Shown: positions 59,940 through 64,000 of the stretch, in pieces | How positions within the stretch are numbered: position 1 is the first letter of the stretch | Layout: the number at the start of each line of letters is the position of its first letter | Assembly: GCA_963777315.1 (NCBI GenBank) | Contig: CAVZQC010000006.1 | Location: 1-64,000 of the forward strand | DNA: 64,000 nt | Direction of reading: 5' to 3' | From: Vulcanimicrobiota bacterium | Lineage (GTDB): Bacteria; Vulcanimicrobiota; Vulcanimicrobiia; Vulcanimicrobiales; Vulcanimicrobiaceae | Program-made: the position numbers and the translations under genes | The notes under the pieces: model-generated | What the model was told of the DNA's origin: nothing | The model's database searches: none | What the model saw: only the letters and a program-made list of their open reading frames with translations

Positions 59940-60931
59940 GCCGCCACCGCACACTCCAGCGATGCGATCGTTTCTTCGACGACGTCCACGACGTCTTGCG
60001 CGCGATCCAAGTGCATGATGCGCTCGCGCAAGGTCGCCGAATGGGGTATCCCTTTCAGGTACAGCGCCAGATGTTTGCGCATCTGCGGAACTGCGCGCGA
60101 TTCCCCCATTTCGTCGACCATCGTTGCATAGTGCACGCGGATGGCGTAGCGCAGGCGATCGGCGACGGCGGGAACGGGTTCGGGTTTGCGTCCCTCGAGC
60201 GCATCCCGCACCTGAGAAATCAGCCACGGATTGCCCAGCGTCGCGCGGCCCAGCATGATGCCGTCGACTCCGGTTTCGCGCATGCGCTGCAGTGCGGTGC
60301 CGGCATCTTCGATGTCGCCGTTTCCGATCACGGGAATAGCGACGGAGTCTTTCAGGCGCTTGATGTGCTCCCAATCGGCATTGCCTTTGTAAAACTGCTT
60401 GGCCGTGCGCGCGTGCAGCGTGACGGCCGCAACGCCGGCTTCTTGAGCGCGTTTGGCTACCTCGACGTACACGAGCTGTTCTTCGTTCCAGCCTAGGCGC
60501 ATCTTCATCGTCACCGGGCAGTCGACCGCGCCCACTACCGCCTTCATGATCGCCTCGCAGCGTTCCGGGTCGCGAAGACACGCCGAACCACCGTTGATCT
60601 TGGTGATCTTGGGCGCGGGACAGCCGAAGTTGATGTCGACGATGTCGGCTCCGCACTCGCGTACGATCCGCGCGGCCTTTGCCATGGTCTGCGGATCGTC
60701 GCCCCAGAGCTGCGTGCTCACCGGCTTCTCCTGGCCATGCTGATCGATCATCTCCATCGTGCGCTTCGCGCTGGAAGCGTATTGCAGGGCGTTGGCCGAA
60801 ACGAACTCCGTCACGGTCAGACCCAGCCCGAACGGCTTGTAGAGCGCCCGCATCGTACGGTTGGTAACGCCGGACATCGGGGCCAAAATCAGCGGCGGCG
60901 AAATGACGTGCGGGCCGATCCTCAAAGGCAT
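59936..60931 (-). CDS. dusB: tRNA-dihydrouridine synthase DusB
   Basis: LAPMSG, DINFGCP, K.R.GW, LHART, GNGDI, GRA..GNPW. Confidence 0.9.
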   Translation of the reverse strand: MPLRIGPHVISPPLILAPMSGVTNRTMRALYKPFGLGLTVTEFVSANALQYASSAKRTMEMIDQHGQEKPVSTQLWGDDPQTMAKAARIVRECGADIVDINFGCPAPKITKINGGSACLRDPERCEAIMKAVVGAVDCPVTMKMRLGWNEEQLVYVEVAKRAQEAGVAAVTLHARTAKQFYKGNADWEHIKRLKDSVAIPVIGNGDIEDAGTALQRMRETGVDGIMLGRATLGNPWLISQVRDALEGRKPEPVPAVADRLRYAIRVHYATMVDEMGESRAVPQMRKHLALYLKGIPHSATLRERIMHLDRAQDVVDVVEETIASLECAVAA

Positions 60932-61015
60932 AGCGACGGTAGTATAGCACAGGCCGCTGCGCCAACGTAAAGTTTTCGTCCGCGCTGCCGATGACAACGG
61001 TAAGGCAAAACGCTC

Positions 61016-61189
61016 ATGACGACAGCACTTTATACTGCGGCAGGCAGCATCATTTCCGACGAAAGCGGCGCCACGCTGGTGGAATACGCCGTGATGGTGT
61101 CGCTCATCGCCGCCGTGTGCATTGCCTTGATTACGGCGCTCGGAACGTCCGTGAAGTCGCAGTTTTCCTCCGTTACGTCCGGCTTGTAA
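61016..61189 (+). CDS. flp: Flp/Tad-type (type IVc) pilin, 57 aa, absent from ORF track
   Basis: MTTALYTAAGSIISDESG|ATLVEYAVMVSLIAAVCIALITALG…; DExG-ATxxEY Flp motif. Confidence 0.85.
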   Translation: MTTALYTAAGSIISDESGATLVEYAVMVSLIAAVCIALITALGTSVKSQFSSVTSGL

Positions 61190-61946
61190 CGAAAAACCGG
61201 CGCAGCCCCAAAAGGCTCAGGTGCGCGTTGACGTCGTGAACGACCGTCGTGTGCTTGGCGACCGCATCGGCCAGGCCTCCGGTTGCCACGACGCGCGCCT
61301 GCACGCCCATCTCACTGCGCATGCGCGCGACCAGCGCTTCGGTTTGCCCGACAAAGCCGTACACGATTCCCGACTGCAGCGCTGAGATCGTGTCAGTGCC
61401 GATAGCTTTCTCCGGTGCTTCGAGCGCGATCTGCGGCAACTTGGCGGTACGGCCCACCAGCGCATCGATCGAGATATTGATTCCGGGAGCGATCGCAACG
61501 CCCAAATACTCGCCTGCGGCGGATATCGCCATGAAGGCCGTCGCCGTTCCATAACTGATGACGATGAGCGGTGCGCCGTACAGCTCCCGCGCGCCGATTG
61601 CCGCCGCAACGAGATCCGCTCCCACTTCACCCGGCCGCTGCGTTTTGACCGGCATGAGCGATTGCCGGTGCGGTTTGAAAAAGACCGGGCTGCAGCGAAA
61701 GAATCGCACGCACGCGGCTTCCAAGGTCGAATCGAGTTTCGGTACGACGCTGGCGATGACGACCGCCTGCACGTCCGAAACGAACAGCTCGGCCGTCACG
61801 AACAGCTGGGTGAAAAACGCCCCGTACTCGTCTCCGGTGCGTTTTGGTTCGGTCGTGACTCGCCACGACTGCAGCAGCTCGCCGCCTTCGCCGGCAAAGC
61901 AGCCCAGTTTGGTTTCCGTGTTCCCGACGTCAATCGCGAGCAGCAT
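61173..61946 (-). CDS. coaX: Type III pantothenate kinase
   Basis: AIDVGNT, SVVP, GAD, GTAT, I.PG, ATGG. Confidence 0.92.
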   Translation of the reverse strand: MLLAIDVGNTETKLGCFAGEGGELLQSWRVTTEPKRTGDEYGAFFTQLFVTAELFVSDVQAVVIASVVPKLDSTLEAACVRFFRCSPVFFKPHRQSLMPVKTQRPGEVGADLVAAAIGARELYGAPLIVISYGTATAFMAISAAGEYLGVAIAPGINISIDALVGRTAKLPQIALEAPEKAIGTDTISALQSGIVYGFVGQTEALVARMRSEMGVQARVVATGGLADAVAKHTTVVHDVNAHLSLLGLRRFFVTSRT

Positions 61947-63138
61947 GCGCTTTACCGCGAGCGTCGAGCATGTCTTGGACGCAATCCAGCAGGCGCGCGG
62001 CTAAAACGAGCTTGGGCGCTGCGCCGAGATCGCGGCGCCCATCGGTTCCCCACAGCAGCACCAGCCTATTGGCGCCCTCACCGAAACCGCCGCGTGAGAC
62101 GTCGTTGACCGCGATGAGGTCCAAGCGTTTGCGCGCGAGCTTTTCGCGCGCGTGCTGCTCGTGGGCTTGCGTTTCCGCGGCAAAACCCACTACAAAACGG
62201 TCGCCTTTGCGCTGCGCGACCGCCGCCAGCACGTCGGGTGTGCGCACCAGGCGAACTTCGATGTCGCGCTCGGTTTTTTTGCGCTTGTGCGGTTCGCTCA
62301 CCTCCGGGCGCCAATCCGAGACGGCCGCCGCCGCCACTATCACGTCTGCGCCGACGGCGTGCTCCATTGCCGCATCGTGCATTTGCTGTGCGGTCTGCAC
62401 GCAAACCACGCGCACGCCCGCAGGCGGGTCGACGTGGGTGGGTCCCAGGATTAACGTCACGTCGGCGCCGCGCAACGCCGCTTCCCGCGAAACGGCAATA
62501 CCCATGGTTCCCGTGGAGGGGTTGCTGATATATCGCACCGGATCGAACGCTTCGCGCGTCGGTCCGGCCGTAACGGCAACGCGTTTGCCCGCAAGCGACT
62601 GCGTTCGCGCCAGCACCGTTTCCAACGCTTGCACGATCGTTTCTTCGGATGCAAGGCGCCCGATACCGTGCTCGCGCTCTGCCAGAAACCCGCTCTCGGG
62701 ATCGACGAAAACAAACCCGCGCTCGCGCAAAACGCGCACGTTTGCTCGCGTCGCCGGGTTGTGATACATCGCATCGTTCATTGCCGGTGCAAGGATCACG
62801 GGAATCCGCGCGGCCAAAAGCGCGGTCGTCACTAAATCGTCCGCCATGCCGCCGGCCAGCTTGGCCAGAACGTTCGCCGTGGCGGGAACTACGAGCGCAA
62901 CGTTTGCTTCACGCACGAGCCGAATGTGCGGAATGCGCTGCGGTGCGTCCCATAGCGAAGTATAGACCGGACGTCCGGTCAGCGACGAGAACGTGAGCGC
63001 GCCGACGAACCGCTCGGCGTGCGCGCTCATGATCACGTCGACGAGCGCACCGCGCTGAACCAGCGTGCTCGTGAGCGCTGCGGCTTTATACGCCGCGATG
63101 CCGCCGGTCACGCACAACAGGACCCGCGCGCCTTTCAT
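61930..63138 (-). CDS. coaBC: Bifunctional CoaBC
   Basis: TGGIAAYK, PATAN, APAMN, TAGPT.E..DPVR…SN.S.G, GFAAET. Confidence 0.93.
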   Translation of the reverse strand: MKGARVLLCVTGGIAAYKAAALTSTLVQRGALVDVIMSAHAERFVGALTFSSLTGRPVYTSLWDAPQRIPHIRLVREANVALVVPATANVLAKLAGGMADDLVTTALLAARIPVILAPAMNDAMYHNPATRANVRVLRERGFVFVDPESGFLAEREHGIGRLASEETIVQALETVLARTQSLAGKRVAVTAGPTREAFDPVRYISNPSTGTMGIAVSREAALRGADVTLILGPTHVDPPAGVRVVCVQTAQQMHDAAMEHAVGADVIVAAAAVSDWRPEVSEPHKRKKTERDIEVRLVRTPDVLAAVAQRKGDRFVVGFAAETQAHEQHAREKLARKRLDLIAVNDVSRGGFGEGANRLVLLWGTDGRRDLGAAPKLVLAARLLDCVQDMLDARGKAHAARD

Positions 63139-63980
63139 CGTTTTTCGGCCTCTTCGCGGTCCACGCGCAGGTTGTCGATCAAGCGCGTCGTGCCGAATCG
63201 CGCAGCCCCGATAATGAATGCGGGCGGCCGCAGAAATTCCTGCGGTGCGAACGTGTCGACGTCGACGACGTCCAAATACTCCCATTGCGCAAGCGGGCTG
63301 AGCACGCGCCGGCCGCGCTCGCGCGCCGTCATCACGTCGCATCCGCCGCGCAGCTGCGCGAGGGTCGTCTCGAGGGCCGCATACAGCGTCGGAGCGCCGG
63401 CGCGCTGCTCGGGCGACAGGTACGCATTTCGGCTCGACAACGCCAAGCCGTCGGACTCACGTACGGTCGGAACGATGCGCACGTCCACCGGCAAGTCGAG
63501 GTCGCGCAGCATTTTGGCAAGCACCGCGGTTTGCTGGGCGTCCTTTTGCCCCACGTACAGCCGATCGGGCGCGATCACGTGCAGCAACTTGCACACGATG
63601 GTCGCCACGCCGCGAAAGTGCGTGGGGCGGACGGCGCCCTCGTAGGTCGATCCGAGATCGCCGACGTCGACGATGGTCGAAAAACCGGCAGGGTACATCG
63701 CCTGCGCGGACGGCGCGAACACCAGATCCACGCCGGCTCGACCGAGCGCGGCCATGTCGCCCTCCATATCGCGCGGATATCGTTCGAAGTCTTCACCGGC
63801 TCCGAACTGCATGGGGTTGACGAAAACGGTTGCGACGGTCGCGGCGCATTGCGCGCGAGAGCTCTGCACCAAACGCAGATGGCCGGCATGAAGCGCGCCC
63901 ATCGTCGGCACCAGTCCGAGCGGGTGCGCGAGCGACGCAACGCCCTCCCGCGCGAGGGCGACGTCATCGCAGAAGTGCAC
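63135..63980 (-). CDS. panC: Pantoate--beta-alanine ligase
   Basis: VPTMGALHAGH, FVNP.QF, RP.HF.GV, GQKD.QQ, DGLALSSRN, RLIDN. Confidence 0.95.
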   Translation of the reverse strand: MHFCDDVALAREGVASLAHPLGLVPTMGALHAGHLRLVQSSRAQCAATVATVFVNPMQFGAGEDFERYPRDMEGDMAALGRAGVDLVFAPSAQAMYPAGFSTIVDVGDLGSTYEGAVRPTHFRGVATIVCKLLHVIAPDRLYVGQKDAQQTAVLAKMLRDLDLPVDVRIVPTVRESDGLALSSRNAYLSPEQRAGAPTLYAALETTLAQLRGGCDVMTARERGRRVLSPLAQWEYLDVVDVDTFAPQEFLRPPAFIIGAARFGTTRLIDNLRVDREEAEKR

Positions 63981-64000
63981 GAATCGCCCGGCCTAACGCC

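Noticed and set aside
58674..60965. 763-aa aminotransferase with long N-terminal extension
   Set aside because: The extension is an alternative frame over dusB; the real start is GTG 59939
1..64000. CRISPR array, rRNA, IS transposase or phage structural genes
   Set aside because: None seen by eye: no regularly spaced repeats, rRNA-like stretch, DDE transposase or capsid/terminase ORFs

Overview
GC-rich bacterial chromosome window in two parts. The genes resemble those of soil Ca. Eremiobacterota/Vulcanimicrobiota, which is an inference and not proven here. (1) About 1-23.8 kb is an integrated accessory/defence island. It holds a translationally coupled pair of Cre-like tyrosine recombinases (one apparently catalytically dead) with a dif-like site, an excisionase-type HTH gene, a large serine recombinase and a tRNA 3'-half remnant. 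A complete class I DISARM operon (drmD-drmMI-drmA-drmB-drmC) runs directly into a SPARTA pair (TIR-APAZ + short pAgo). The right end abuts a 5'-truncated host gene, followed by hicAB. (2) About 24.9-64 kb is core genome: ldcA, a HIRAN-SF2 helicase, secDF, rplM-rpsI, thyA-folA, truA, an unannotated metallothionein, lysS, greA, an aminotransferase/SRPBCC/acyl-reductase-like cluster, dusB, an unannotated Flp pilin and coaX-coaBC-panC. It also holds a strongly reduced flagellar-type type III export cluster with a FliF-FliG(middle domain) fusion, miniature rod/ruler proteins and no motor, hook or filament genes in the window. About a dozen single-base frameshifts, including in secD, suggest sequencing/consensus indel errors, so apparent pseudogenes and fusions need caution.
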